Assembly: GCA_030390025.1 (NCBI GenBank)
Contig: CM059432.1
Coordinates: 92,568,001-92,632,000 of the forward strand
Source: Squalus acanthias
Taxonomy: Eukaryota
Reading direction: 5' to 3'
Length of the DNA stretch: 64,000 nt
Of the stretch, positions 25,431 to 38,025 are shown piece after piece. The notes under the pieces are model-generated. The model had not been told where the DNA came from. It ran no database searches and saw only the letters and a list, made by a program, of their open reading frames with translations. The translations under genes were made by a program, and so were the position numbers. How positions within the stretch are numbered: position 1 is the first letter of the stretch; every line of letters starts with the position of its first letter.

Positions 25431-26203
25431 GGAGTGCTGATACTGATTACCCAAAATACAAAGGTTCTTCACGCAGCACTGACATCGCCCACCTAAATGA
25501 GCAGAATACCATCTGTGTGATTTCAAGGAATATTAATTAAATAATTACAACTATACAATTTATTCTTGTGTACCCAATCACCACTTAAATCTGGATGCAG
25601 TACTGACTTCTTCAGTTGGATTATGAATGCATTATGTACGATAAGCCTAGTGGCATTTCATTTTTCCTTTAAGTATGAAGTTCATGGGATATGGTCATTC
25701 CTAACAGACACATTTCAACATTTTAAAAGGCTGCTATGCTGAAAATATACTGTTGGTCCCACAAGATCATTGCTATTAACTGCCATCCTTTCCATACATT
25801 TGAATTACATTATTGGGACTAACATTCAACAACCATTATGAAAGAAAGCCATGAATGGCTTTGTTGCATATTTATTTCAAAGATGCATTGCATCTGTGCG
25901 GTGGTACACCACATGAAAAACATACACAGGAGACCTCGGAGCCCCTGATCTCAGCTACACTGAGGAGGCTTTGAGCGCACCATTCTCACATGCAGAGTTC
26001 TGGGGGTATTTCAACAGATTCTGTCACCTGTTGTGCCACCATTTGTGGCTTTAAAATCAAAAGCAATTTTGGATGTCATCTTATTCAAATGGAGCATTAC
26101 ATCACATCCAACAGATTTATAATAAAAATCTTACACAAAGTCGAGGTTAAAAATGGGAGTATTTTACTTTCTGTAAGTATGTAAGAATCTGCAGGAACAT
26201 ATA

Positions 26204-26759
26204 CAGGAAACTCTTGTTTATCCGGCACCCAAATATCCGGAATTCTCGCTTAACCGGCAAAAATCATCCTCCGAAAACTCCTCTCAAATAACCGGCAATG
26301 TTGCCGAGTCGCAGTCCGAGTCTCCGCGAACGCCGAGTACTCCGAAAACTCCTCTCAAATAACCGGCAATGTTGCCGATCCCGAGTCCGCGAACGCCGAT
26401 TTAGTCAGTAGGGGTAGTTTTCAAAAGTGCCACTACTCGGCCTCCTGGCGCTGTCGGAAGTCCGAAACACTGCAGTAGCAGGAGTTGATTTTCCCGCGCT
26501 GCCGGGAGTCTCACTTACTGTTAAGTAATTAAAGAGTTATGGATTAGTCTCAACTGGCAGTACTGTACTTAATCAAGCATCTTCCACCATCCATTTAACA
26601 CAACATTCTGTAGGTGAGTACCCAAATACTGTATACTGCACATTTCTTTATTTTTTTTATTTTTCTTTGTTAAAAATAGCCTCGGTAGATATAACTCTGT
26701 TATCCGGAACTTTTGATCAACCGGCACCATGCCGGTGCCGGATACCAAAGAGTTTCCTG
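26204..26759. mobile_element. Tc1/mariner-pogo (Tigger-like) MITE, 556 bp
   Basis: 26-bp TIRs CAGGAAACTCTTGTTTATCCGGCACC / GGTGCCGGATACCAAAGAGTTTCCTG, TA duplication at 26202-26203 and 26760-26761, and an internal direct duplication at ~26269-26399. Confidence 0.9.
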
Positions 26760-26874
26760 TATTAGTGAATGTGCTAAGTGTTGACAAAGCAATAATTACT
26801 CTTATATTTGGATATTCTCTTTAGTTATTCTTAAAATTCACAATCCATCAGTTTGGCAGTGCTATAGCATAAGG

Positions 26875-27658
26875 TTAAACATTGGAAAGATCAAAGCCAG
26901 TGTCCATCCTCGCCACAAACTCCGTACCCTAGCCACCAATTTCATCCACACTTCTAGCCACCGTCTCAAATTGAAGCTTACTGTTCGCAACCTCAGTCTC
27001 CTATTCAACTCCGAGCTGAGCTTTGGACCCCATATCATCTTCATCACAAAGACCACTTACTTCCACCTCCATAATACTGCCCGTCTCAGCCCCTACCTCA
27101 GCCTAACTGCTGTTGAAACCCTCATCCATGTCTTTGTCACCTCCAGACTCAACTATTCCAATACTCACTTGGCCAGGCTCCCATCCTCCACCATCCATAA
27201 ACTTCCAAAACTTTGCTGCCCATATCCTAACCTGCACAAAGCTCTGCTCACCCATCACCCCTGTGCTCGCTGCCCTGCATTGGCTCCTGGTCTCCCAAAG
27301 CCTTTAATTTAAAATTCTCATCCTCATGTTCATATCCCTTCATAGCCTCGTCCGTTGCTCTCTCTGTAACCTCCTCCAGCCCTAAAACCCTCAGAGAACT
27401 GCGTTCCTCCAACTCTGGCCTCTAATGCATCCTCCACTCCCTTCGCCCCACCATTGGTGGCCATGCCTTCAGCTGTGTAGGCTCCAAGCCCTGGCATTCC
27501 CTCCCTAAACATCTCCACCTTAAAACCTACCTCGTCGACTAAGCTTTTAGTCACCCCTCCCAATATCTTCTTTGTCTCTATCAATTTTTGTCTGATTACG
27601 ATTCTATGAAGCACTTTGAGACATTTTTCTACATTAAAGGCGCTATATAAATGCAAGT
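26875..27658 (+). mobile_element. L2 LINE 3' fragment
   Basis: VRNLSLLFNSELSF..HI...TYFHLHNTARL..YLS...ETLIHVFVTSRLNYSN and SPITPVLAALHWL; ends GGCGCTATATAAATGCAAGT. Confidence 0.88.
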
Positions 27659-27682
27659 AGACGAGTTAAATGTGTATAGAAC

Positions 27683-27836
27683 AGAAAATGCTGGAAAAAC
27701 TCAGCAGGCCAGGCAGCATTCGTGGAGAGAGAAACAGAGTTAACGTTTCAGAACTGACGAAAGGTCTCTTGCTGAGTTTTTCCAGCGTTTTCTGTTGTTA
27801 TTTCAGATTTCCAGCATCCGCAGTATTTTGCTATTG
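27683..27836. mobile_element. Fold-back Penelope-derived mini element with 16-bp target duplication
   Basis: Inverted arms AACAGAAAATGCTGGAAAAACTCAGCA / TGCTGAGTTTTTCCAGCGTTTTCTGTT, internal CTGACGAAAGGTC half-hammerhead, and flanking direct repeat TAAATGTGTATAGAAC (27667-27682 and 27837-27852). Confidence 0.7.
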
Positions 27837-28370
27837 TAAATGTGTATAGAACCTTGGTTAGACCACAGTTGGAGTACTGTACACTGTTCTGGTCTCCCTA
27901 TTATATAAAGGAAACAGAGGCATTGGAGAAGGTGCAAGAAAGATTCACAAAGATGATACCAGAACTAAGAGAATATACTTATCAGAGAAGGCTGAACAGG
28001 CTGGGGCTCTTTTCTCTAGAAAAGAGAAGGCTGAGAGGTGACCTAATAGAGGTCTTTATGATGAAAGGGTTTGATAGGTAGAGGTAGAAAAAATGTTTCC
28101 ACTTGTGGGGGGTGACCAAAACTAGAGGTCATAAATAGAAGATAGTCATCAATAAATCCAATAGGGAATTCAGGAGAAACTTCTTTACCCAGAGTGGTAA
28201 GAATGTGGAATGCACTACCACAAGGAGTAGTTGAGGCAAATAGCATAGATGCATTTAAGGGGAAGCTAGATAAGCACATGAGGGAGAAAGGAATAGAAGG
28301 ATATGTTGATAGGGTTAGATGAAGAGGGGTGGGAGAAGGCTTGAATGGCCTGTTTCTGTGCTATAGACTT
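27837..28370 (+). mobile_element. CR1 LINE 3' fragment
   Basis: YRTLVRPQLEYC...LEKVQERFTKMIP...LFSLEKRRLRGDLIEVF. Confidence 0.9.
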
Positions 28371-29019
28371 TACAAACAGAGTGCTTATTTTGAAAATAAA
28401 GAAAAATCAATATTCAGAAGATTAAACAACAGCAGTGTTTGCTGGCAGTCTGTTCCTTCCAATGTTATTACTGGTACCAAAACTGTCACAGAAGGGAAGA
28501 GAAATATTAGCACAAATTGAGAGGCACACTCAGTACTAATTATCTACAGTCAGCAGAACTGTCTGAGCTGCCAACTGATGACTGGGAGAGTATTTTTCAT
28601 GCCCTTTGCAATTACTCTTACAGATTGTTAAAATTTTGACGCGAGTGGGTGAGATCTTGGGAGATCTAAAACTTGCCTCGAAATTCGGACTTCCTCTTAA
28701 ATTGGAGACATCTTTTTTTTTTAAAAAAGCAGCTTTCGAGGAAACTCATGTTTGAAATAAAATGACTAATCCGTATATGTCCCATATAGTATAACCAGGA
28801 TAGCAGATTGCATACTTCTCAATCTTGACCAATCTTATTTATAATAGTATTATTTGTACATACAAATTTCTTTAAAACCCCAACGGAGAGTACCGACCAA
28901 TTTATGATTTATTTTAGAACTGCACTTACAATGCAAGAGCAAAGCAAAATACTAAAAATGTAAATTTATTGAAATTTAAAAATAGTAAGAATTACTTTCT
29001 ACCTTGCTTATGAACAACA

Positions 29020-29437
29020 GAAAGAAAGAACTTGCATTTATAAAGCGCATTTCACGACCTCGGGATGTCCCCAAGGTGTTTCAAGCCTTAAGTACATTTT
29101 GAAGTGTAGTCATGTTGCAATGTCGATAAATGTGGCAGCAAATGTGGGCACAGCAACGTCCCACAAATGAAATAAATGACCAGTAACCCTTTTTTCAATG
29201 TTGGGCAAGAGATAAATGTTGGCCAGGGCCTTGGGAGATCTCCCATACTCTTCTTCGAATAGTACCATGGGATCTCAGTTTAACATCTTATTGAAAGATG
29301 CCATCTCTGACAGAACAATAAGGCTCATACGACAGTTAAGTGTCAGCCTAGATTATGGTCTCACGTTTCTGGAGTGGGACTTGAACACTCAACCTTCTAA
29401 CTCAGAGGCGAGAATGCTACCACTAAACAAAGGCTGA
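29020..29437 (-). mobile_element. Diverged Deu-domain SINE
   Basis: ACTTGCATTTATAAAGCGC tail; TGGAGTGGGACTTGAACAC.CAACCTTCTAACTCAGAGGCGAGAATGCTAC is the reverse complement of the SINE head. Confidence 0.8.
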
Positions 29438-30188
29438 ACAATGTATTTAATTTGTGACAGCAGCATATACACTTAACTCCATCATAAATCTGAGTTTTAC
29501 AAAAGTAGGATGGTATAATTGTTGGCCTTATATGAAAATAAGATTTATGAGTTGTGGGGCAGTCTATTTTTGAATCAACCTGAACTTTATGAAATTTGGA
29601 GCGCATATTTGTTGTGGTCGGAAAATATTCACATACAAACTAATTTATCATGATTCACATATGCAAATATTAGAAAAAACATCTCAAAAACTGCTACCCC
29701 AACGGTTGTTATATTAGGTGTAATATTAACATCTTATGCTAATTGAGCCCAAATTATTTATGCCCTCTCAGTCTACCCCGATCCTAACTGTTTGATGTGT
29801 TGCAGATGCAGGGTCTCACATCCACACGAGTTCTTGCTCACATCTGGATCAGGATTTATTTCACTTTACACAGTTGCACACACAGATTCACTGTGCTTTA
29901 ACCTCAAGAATTCTACTTAGTCTTTGATTATTTATGCCTATTTTGGCCACCTTTCCAAAAATGCAAACATAAATCTTATCTTTACAAAAGTTGCTGAGTA
30001 AAGCAAATACAACCACTAAGTAAGCTTTAGAAAAGGGAGTACTATGTTTGTTTCTGGACTGCCACAAGCCATTGCTTTTCAAATTAAGTAACTCATACAA
30101 ATTATTCAGAAGCTAGTTAGCAGTTACATAGGAAAAGTACAGTAGTAGCACTATATACAGCAAGGCTCATCACAGTATGTACCAGACT

Positions 30189-30592
30189 CATAGAAACATA
30201 GAAACTAGGAGCAGGAGTAGGCCATTCGGCCCGTCGAGCCTGCTCCACCATTCAATACGATCATGGCTGATCATCCAAATCCAGTACCCTGTCCCTGCTT
30301 TCCCACACAGAATCCCCATCGAGCCTGCACCGACACATATCCCACCCTATCCCCGTAACCCCACGTATTTAATTCCCCCTAACATATCCCATCCTATCCC
30401 CGTAACCCCACATATTTAATCCCCCCCTAACACTAAGGGTCAATTTATCATAGCCAAATCAACCTAACCCGCACATTTTTGGACTGTGGGAGGAAACCGG
30501 AGCACCCGGAGGAAACCCACGCAGACACGGGGAGAATGTGCAAACTCCACACAGACAGTCACCCGAGGCCAGATTCGAACCTGGGTCCCTGA
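30189..30592 (-). mobile_element. V-SINE (HE1-like) with a 48-bp tandem duplication, abutting a CR1 3' tail
   Basis: V-domain GGAGGAAACCGGAGCACCCGGAGGAAACCCACGCAGACACGGGGAGAATGTGCAAACTCCACACAGACAG and B box GATTCGAACC; ACATATCCCA.CCTATCCCCGTAACCCCAC repeated at ~30333 and ~30381; ATAGAAACATAGAAAC CR1 tail at ~30190. Confidence 0.85.
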
Positions 30593-30715
30593 CTCGGATG
30601 GGAACTCACCTCCGCCCCTCCAATCCTAACTTATAATAAATATAACAAAGTGCTCCCTTTTCTAAAGTTGGGGGGAGAAGAAAAGGGGAACGTAAAATGC
30701 AAACTGGAAGATATT

Positions 30716-32297
30716 GGCCCGTAATTTGCGGTCAGTGGCGAAGCAAAGGCACTTGCCGCTGGCCCCGAAGAAAGCTGCCGACAGACATCTCGCGATGTTT
30801 GTGGCAAGAAGTTTGCCTTTCTCGACGTGTAATTCACTGTAGCGCTGTGTAATGGGGATTCCCAGCGAAGAGCTGCAGTGACATCAACAAGCTGTCTCTG
30901 CAGCCAATCACATTGAAGAATTCTCAGACAGCAAACCAGGAAATGAAAAGCTGCTTTTATCCCCACTTTTAAAAAATATTACAGAGAGTGAAATAAAGAT
31001 TGAGAAATTCGATATCGCCCTGTTTGGGGCGCAATTATCGGCCGGGCGCAAAGTTCAGCGTCTGATGCTAATTATCGCCTCCGACTGCAAACTTGGCCTC
31101 TATCGCCCCTGGAGGTGATTGCAGCGCTAAATCAGGCGCTACACACCTCTCTCAAGGCGCTAATGCCGAGGAGCGAGGCGCTATCGCAGAGCGCTGGCGA
31201 AGCTCATGTGATGTCAGTTAGCAATGGAACACAGACACAATGGCACGGGCCAGTTCTTAAAGGGGAGGGTTGATCTTGCTCTCCAGCCACATCCTGCTCA
31301 TTGCAGCCTTGAATCTCGGGCTGGAGAGACCTGTACATCAATTCTACTGGAAGGAACAATGGAGAGGCCCAGGGAAAGAGCTCAGAGTGCAGCCCCAATA
31401 GTCTCTTCTAAATTGATGCAAGGAAGGTCAAATCAAAATGAACCTGCAAAGTGCTGCTCAGTACCCAAAACTCCTTCACACAGCGTTGAATCTCTCTCTC
31501 TCTCTCTCTCTGAATGCGTGGTGCAAAAATGTCGCTGACAAAAAAAGGCAGGAAGCGGCCGCCTTTAAATAGCGCTCCCCCAGTCCCTTCCCGGCTGCAA
31601 AACATTCCCCTCTACCTGTCGTTGCTAGCGGCAGGCAGAAAGGAAGGGGGCGCCACTCAATATCTGGTCCAGGGCGCTACACGCTCGACTGACATCACGA
31701 TCTGCGGGCGCAGGAAATCACGGCGGTAGTGTTTAGCGCTGCCGCAAAATGTCTGGTCATCACCACGTCCGGGTGCTAGTTGCTTTGCGCCCGGGAGGCG
31801 CTAATCAACCGAATTTTTCCCCCTGGGACTTTAACATGGGGATAAGGTAGAAGCTGAAATATCATGAACAAACTTTTACATTTTTTTTAAGTTTAGAAAA
31901 AATTGTAAATATCATAAGAAATTTGACACTCCACAAATATAAAATGTATTTTTCAGGGCCATAACTTTTGTTTAGCCGTCAATATGCTGTTAAAACCCCA
32001 GTTACAGCTATTCTCACAAGGCTTAACATATAATGGGGTATTTAACAGCGATATTACCACGGAAAAGCCCAAGTTTTTGTCAGTTTCACGGATTTCCCTG
32101 ATTACACCGATTGCCAGCTATGAGGGGTGGGTCCACAGCACAGCCTGTGTCGGAGCATTGAATGACTGACCACAACTTCAGGATTTCCGCGTTTAGATGC
32201 ACATGCGCTAAATCCTGAAGTTACGGTCAGTTTCAGAGGGGTAATGATGGCGAACGCTGACAGTTCGCTGTCATTACCCACCGCAAAATTCCAGGCC
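30716..32297. mobile_element. Non-autonomous TIR element (probably Harbinger-like MITE) hosting the 31002-31823 MITE
   Basis: Ends TATTGGCCCGTAATTTGCGGT ... ACCGCAAAATTCCAGGCCAATA are imperfect inverted repeats; no coding capacity. Confidence 0.65.
31002..31823 (+). mobile_element. Non-autonomous internal-deletion derivative (MITE) of the Harbinger family
   Basis: 5' part is collinear with 37664-38045 (TTTGGGGCGCAA, GGAACACAGACACAATGGC, CTCATTGCAGCCTTGAATCTC). 3' part is collinear with 41445-41967 ((TC)n run, TTTAAATAGCGC, GGGGGCGCCACTCAA) and ends GAATTTTTCCCCC. The left terminal G-run is eroded. Confidence 0.85.
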
Positions 32298-33319
32298 AAT
32301 AAAATTAAACTTCTTTTGCAGACTATAAACAGATTTGTCATTACGGTTTTCCATTTACTACTGTTTGAATCTACTCTACACATCTGTAAAAGGGCATAAT
32401 TTGGTAAATTAATTTCCTCTTCACTAAATTTGAAGTTTGCCTCAGCTCTTGAACCCCATCAGTGGCTTTGGATTTCAAGCTCAATGTCTCTTTATTCTAG
32501 AAATATTAAAAATATGTAAAACCTCAACAAAAACTCTTTTTTGAAAAATGTCTCATCTCTAATTAGTTTTTGTTGTGGTGGTTCTATTTCAATTGAAGGC
32601 CACAAAAAGCAGCTGGATTAAAAATAACAAAATTAATTACTCACGATGAAAAAAAAAATCGGGTGACAACCCTGAACACATGGAACACAGCTCAAACTTA
32701 ATTCCATTAGAGACAGACTGCCTCCGCAGTCTTGAGGTTAGTTGCACTAAACAAGACATCATTTCATTTGCTGTGGTCTTCCTGCTAGCCTCGACATTCT
32801 TTCCCAGGCAGAAACAATGCAGCATGGTGCCCTGAACACCATACACCCCCAGTTTCACATTTCTTTCAGGCCTAGAACCTGTTTCTTCTTTTCCTTTCAC
32901 TTAGTTGAATTTTAGCCTGAATCAGTCAGCCACTGCCATCTGGCAGATTCTTATCCCTTTAGCAGCTGATCAGTACCAAGAGACCAGAGTGATGTTCTCA
33001 CAAGAAGGATCTGTGCACATACCATGGACATTAATTGACATCAACAAATGGGGAAAAGAGAGTTAAATTCCTGCAACAGAAACGGTTGCACTGTCATATA
33101 AAGTTAGCTCGGCCCTTAGTCTGAATTACCGTCAGTCTCTGTAATCATAGAATGATACATCACAGAAGGAGGCCATCATGCCTGTGCCGACTCTTTGAAC
33201 GAACTATCCAACTAATCCCACTCCCCTACTCTTTCTGTATAACCCTGCAAATTTTCCCCCACATCCCAATGAGACGTAGGGGAAAAGTGGGAGGGGGGGG
33301 GGGGGGGGGAAGGGCAGAC

Positions 33320-36202
33320 GATCAGGAAGGACAGGCAGGAAGGAAGGGGAGGTGGGGTGGCTATGTTAATAAAGGAAGGAATCACTGTAATACAGAGAAA
33401 TGATATTGGGTCAAAAGATCAGGATAATGAAACAGTTTGGGTGGAGATAAGGAATAATAAGGGGAAAAAAACACTAGTGGGCGTAGTCTATAGGCCTCCG
33501 AATAGTTGTAACTCTGTTGGACGGAGTATCAATCAGGAAATAGTTGAGGCTTGTAATAAGGGAACATCTATAATTATGGGGGATTTTAACTATCATATTA
33601 ATTGGACAAATCAAATTGGGCAGGGCTGCCTTGAGGATGAGTTCATTGAGTGTATTAGGGATGGGTTTCTTGAGCAGTATGTAACTGAACCGACCAGGGG
33701 GCAAGCAACCTTAGATCTGGTCCTGTGCAACGAGACAGGATTAATTAAAAATGTCCTAGTAAAGGATCCCCTTGGAATGAGTGACCATAACATGGTTGAA
33801 TTCCATATTCAATTAGAGGGTGAGAAGGTTGGATCTCAAACAAGCGTGCTAAGCTTGAATAAAGGAGACTATGAAGGTATGCGAGCGGAATTTAGTAGAG
33901 TGGATTGGGAAAATAGATTAAAGGGTAAGACGATACATGATCAGTGGTGTACATTTAAGGAGTTATTTTACAACTTCCAAAACATATATATTCCACTGAG
34001 AAGAAAAGGGTGTAAAAGAAGACAGTCATCCGTGGCTAAGTAAAGAAATTAAGGATAGTATTCGACTAAAAACAAGGGCTTATAAGGTAGCCAAATCTAG
34101 TGGGAGGATAGAGGATTGGGAAAACTTTAAAAGACAGCAAAAAATAACAAAAAGATTGATTAAGAAAGGGAAGATAGATTATGAAAGTAAATTAGCAAAA
34201 AATATAAAAACAGATAGTAAGAGTTTTTATAGTTATATAAAAAGAAAAAGGGTGGCTAAAGTAAATGTTGGTCCCTTAGAGGATGAGACCGGGAAATTAA
34301 TGGTGGGAAATATGGAGATGGCAAATACACTGAATGAATATTTTGTATCAGTCTTTACAGTAGAGGACACTAAGAATATCCCAACACTGGACAAACAGGG
34401 GGCTATGGGGGGGGAGGAGCTAAACACGATCAAAATCACTAAGGAAGTGGTACTCGGTAAAATAATGGGACTCAAGGCGGATAAATCACCTGGACCTGAT
34501 GGCTTACATCCTAGGGTCTTGAGGGAAGTGGCGGTAGGGATTGTGGATGCATTGGTAATAATTTTCCAAAACTCCCTGGACTCAGCAAAGATCCCGGCAG
34601 ACTGGAAAACTGCTAATGTAACACCCTTATTTAAAAAGGGCAGTAGACAGAAGGCTGGAAACTATAGACCGGTTAGCCTAACATCTGTGGTAGGTAAAAT
34701 TTTGGAGTCCATTATTAAGGAGACAGTAACGGGACATTTGGATAATCATAATTTAATAGGACAAAGTCAGCATGGTTTTATGAAGGGGAAGTCATGTTTG
34801 ACAAATTTGCTGGAGTTCTTTGAGGAAGTAACACACAGGGTGGATAAAGGTGAACCAGTGGATGTGGTGTATTTAGACTTCCAAAAGGCATTTGACAAGG
34901 TGCCACACAAAAGATTATTGCTTAAGATAAAAAAATCACAGGATTGGGGGTAATATTCTGGCATGGATAGAGGATTGGCTATCTAACAGAAGGCAGAGAG
35001 TTGGGATAAATGGTTCATTCTCAGACTGGCAATCAGTAACTAGTGGTGTTCCGCAGGGGTCAGTGCTGGGTCCCCAACTCTTTACAATCTATATTAACGA
35101 TTTGGAGGAGGGGACCGAGTGTAACATATCAAAGTTTGCAGATGATACTAAGATGGGAGGGAAAGTAGTGAGTGAGGAGGACATAAAAAATCTGCAAGGG
35201 GACATAGACAGGCTAAGTAAGTGGGCAGAGATTTGGCAGATGGAATACAATACTGGAAAGTGTGAGGTTATGCACTTTGGCAGGAAAAATAGTAGAGCAA
35301 GTTATTATCTAAATGGCAAGAAACTGGAAAGTACTGAAGTACAAAGGGATCTGGGGGTCCTGGTGCACGAAACTCAAAAGGTTAGTATGCAGGTGCAGCA
35401 AGTGATTAAGAAGGCCAATGGAATGTTGGCTTTCGTTGCTAAGGGGATAGAATATAAAAATAGGGAGCTATTGCTTCAGTTGTACAAGGTATTGGTGAGA
35501 CCGCACCTGGAATACTGCATACAGTTTTGGTATCCATACTTAAGAAAAGACATACTTGCTCTCGAGTCAGTACAAAGAAGGTTCACTCGGTTAATTCCGG
35601 GGATGAGGGGATGGACATATGAGGAGAGGTTGGGTAGACTGGGACTCTACTCATTGGAGTTCAGAAGAATGAGAGGCGATCTTATTGAAACATATAAGAT
35701 TGTGAAGGGGTTGGATCGGGTGGATGTGGGGAGGATGTTCCCGATGATGGGTGAAACTAGAACTAGGGGGCATAGTCTTAGAATAAGGGGCTGCTCTTTC
35801 AAAACTGAGATGAGAAGGAACTACTTCACTCAGAGGGTGGTAGGTCCGTGGAATATGCTGCCCCAAAAAGCTGTAGAAGCTACATCATTACATAAATTTA
35901 AAACAGAAATAGACAGTTTCCTAGAAGTAAAGGGAATTAAGAGTTACGGGGAGCGGGCAGGAATTTGGACATGAGTCTAGGTTCGGATCGGTCATGGCCC
36001 TGTGGGTAGCGTAGCGGGCCCAGGGGCCGTGTAGCCTGATCCTGCTCCTATTTCGTGTGTCCAATTCTGTTAGGTTCAGGAGATGGTTCTGTGATAGTAG
36101 ATTGGCGGTTAGGATCAGATCAGCCATGATCTTATTGAATGGCGGAGCAGGCTCGAGGGGCCAATTGGCCTACTCCTGCTCCTATTTCTTATGTTCTTAT
36201 GT
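33320..36202 (+). mobile_element. CR1-clade LINE: near-complete ORF2 (APE endonuclease + reverse transcriptase) and 3' UTR, frameshifted
   Basis: ORFs 33357-34043 (GVVYRPP, MGDFN, LDLVL, SDHN), 34156-34953 (KSPGPDG, NYRPVSLTS, QHGF, YLDFQKAFDKVPH) and 35063-35974 (LGPQLF, FADDTK, RPHLEYC). Ends in the CCTATTTCTTATGTTCTTATGT short-repeat tail. Confidence 0.95.
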
Positions 36203-36959
36203 CTCAGAAGGAAACATGTAGAAATACAACACAGATGACCATTCCATAAAAAAGTTATTCAAATAAAATCTTAGTTTTCTCCCCTTAATCCTTCTCTTCT
36301 GAAGGTTGCAGAAATATAGTTCCACAAATACCAGCAACCCTCAGGTATCTTATCCAAGTTCATGTAATGACACAATCTTCATGTTAGAATCTGGACAGTG
36401 TTGTAAAGCTATGTGACAACGAGAAGGCATCACAGACTTGCTCAATCCCATCCTTGTCCAACATCTGCACATACACACTTCCAGGTAGAATCAAAAGACA
36501 GCAATCAGGAGTGGAAACCCTGGCAGTTCCTCCCACCCCACCGCCCCCTCAAGCTTGAGATGCTGAGGCCAATTGTAGTGCCTTAATCCTGTTCAATCTG
36601 TGGCCAATTAGATCGCGTAGCGCAGCATAAACTTTAGAGCTTCTTGGTCTGTACGGCTATAGCGCTAATAATGCTACCTACATTAGAGAGGTGGTTGAAA
36701 GGAAGGAGATAAAGGGATATGGAAACACAGCAGGCACAGAGGAATAAGACCATTGCTTATGTGGAGGATAAACACCAACATGGACTAATTAAGCTGAATG
36801 GCCTGTTTCCGTGTTTTAACTTCTATGTAATTATTTCTCTACATCCACTAAAGCCAGCTCAATGATACCAGGCAGTTTTCTCTTGCTCTATAGGAGTTAA
36901 TGAATGGACAGAAAATAAGATTTCCAAGCAAAAGGTTCCTAGAGTGACATCTGGGATGT

Positions 36960-37256
36960 ATACACATTGCCGAGCCTACTTTCAGACCCCAAATCTTCGC
37001 CACCTCAAAGACCGCTTACTTTCACCTCTGCAACATTGCCCTAACCATATCATACATGCATTTGTCACCTCCAGATTTGACTATTCCACCACTCTCCTTA
37101 CTGGCCTCACTTCCTCCACCCTCCATCAATTTCAACTTGTGCAAAATTCTGCTGCACTCATCTCTCCTTTTCTAGCTCAGCATCCACTTTTTTTTATACC
37201 TATCTGTGAAGCATCTTGGAATGCTCTTTATAAAGGCACTATATAAAGCGAGTTAC
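36960..37256 (+). mobile_element. Deleted L2 fragment
   Basis: IIHAFVTSRFDYSTTLLTGL..STLHQFQLVQNSAA; tail GGCACTATATAAAGCGAGTT. Confidence 0.75.
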
Positions 37257-38025
37257 TGTCGTAGGTGCTCAACCGATTTAATTCCTTCTACACTACATCC
37301 AGTGGAGAGCTTGGAGGTCAAATAAACCACAAATTAGAGGCCACTTACGATAGAAACCATTTCCATGGTTTCGCCCATGGTTTCTCCCAAATAAGTAGAC
37401 AAAAAAATGGAATGATAAATCTATCCAAATATCTATCTGTAGAATATATTAAAAATGGTACAATAGTATGGTTCCTGTCTGTAAAGCTCTACATGTCACT
37501 TTTTGATTGGTTGCAATAAGAACAAATCACAACTCTACAACTATCCAGAATCACAAAAAGCTTTGCGAATTCAAAATCTTTTCAGCTATGATTTTTCTTA
37601 GTAACTGAAATTTCAAATGTCCAAAATAAAGATTGTGGCATAATAAAGACATTATAAGATTATGGGGTAGAAATTAGGTCGCGCCCCATTTGGGGCGCAA
37701 ATATCGTCCGGACGCAAATATTAGCGCCTGGCGATAATTATCGGCACTGACAGGAAACTTCACTTTTACCGCCCCGGGAGGTGAGTGGAGCGCTAAATTA
37801 GGCGCTGCACACCTCTCTTAAGGCGCAAAGGCCAAGGAGTGAGGCGCTAACTCAGCGCACGAGCGCAGTGCAGCTGCTGCCAGTTAGCGAGGGAACACAG
37901 ACACAATGGCGCCGGACACTTCTTAAAGCGGGGGGGGGGGGGCCACTTGATCCCCAGCCACACCCTACTCATTGCAGCCTTGAATCTCAGCCTGGAGAGA
38001 CCTGTAATCCATTTTGCTGCCAAGC

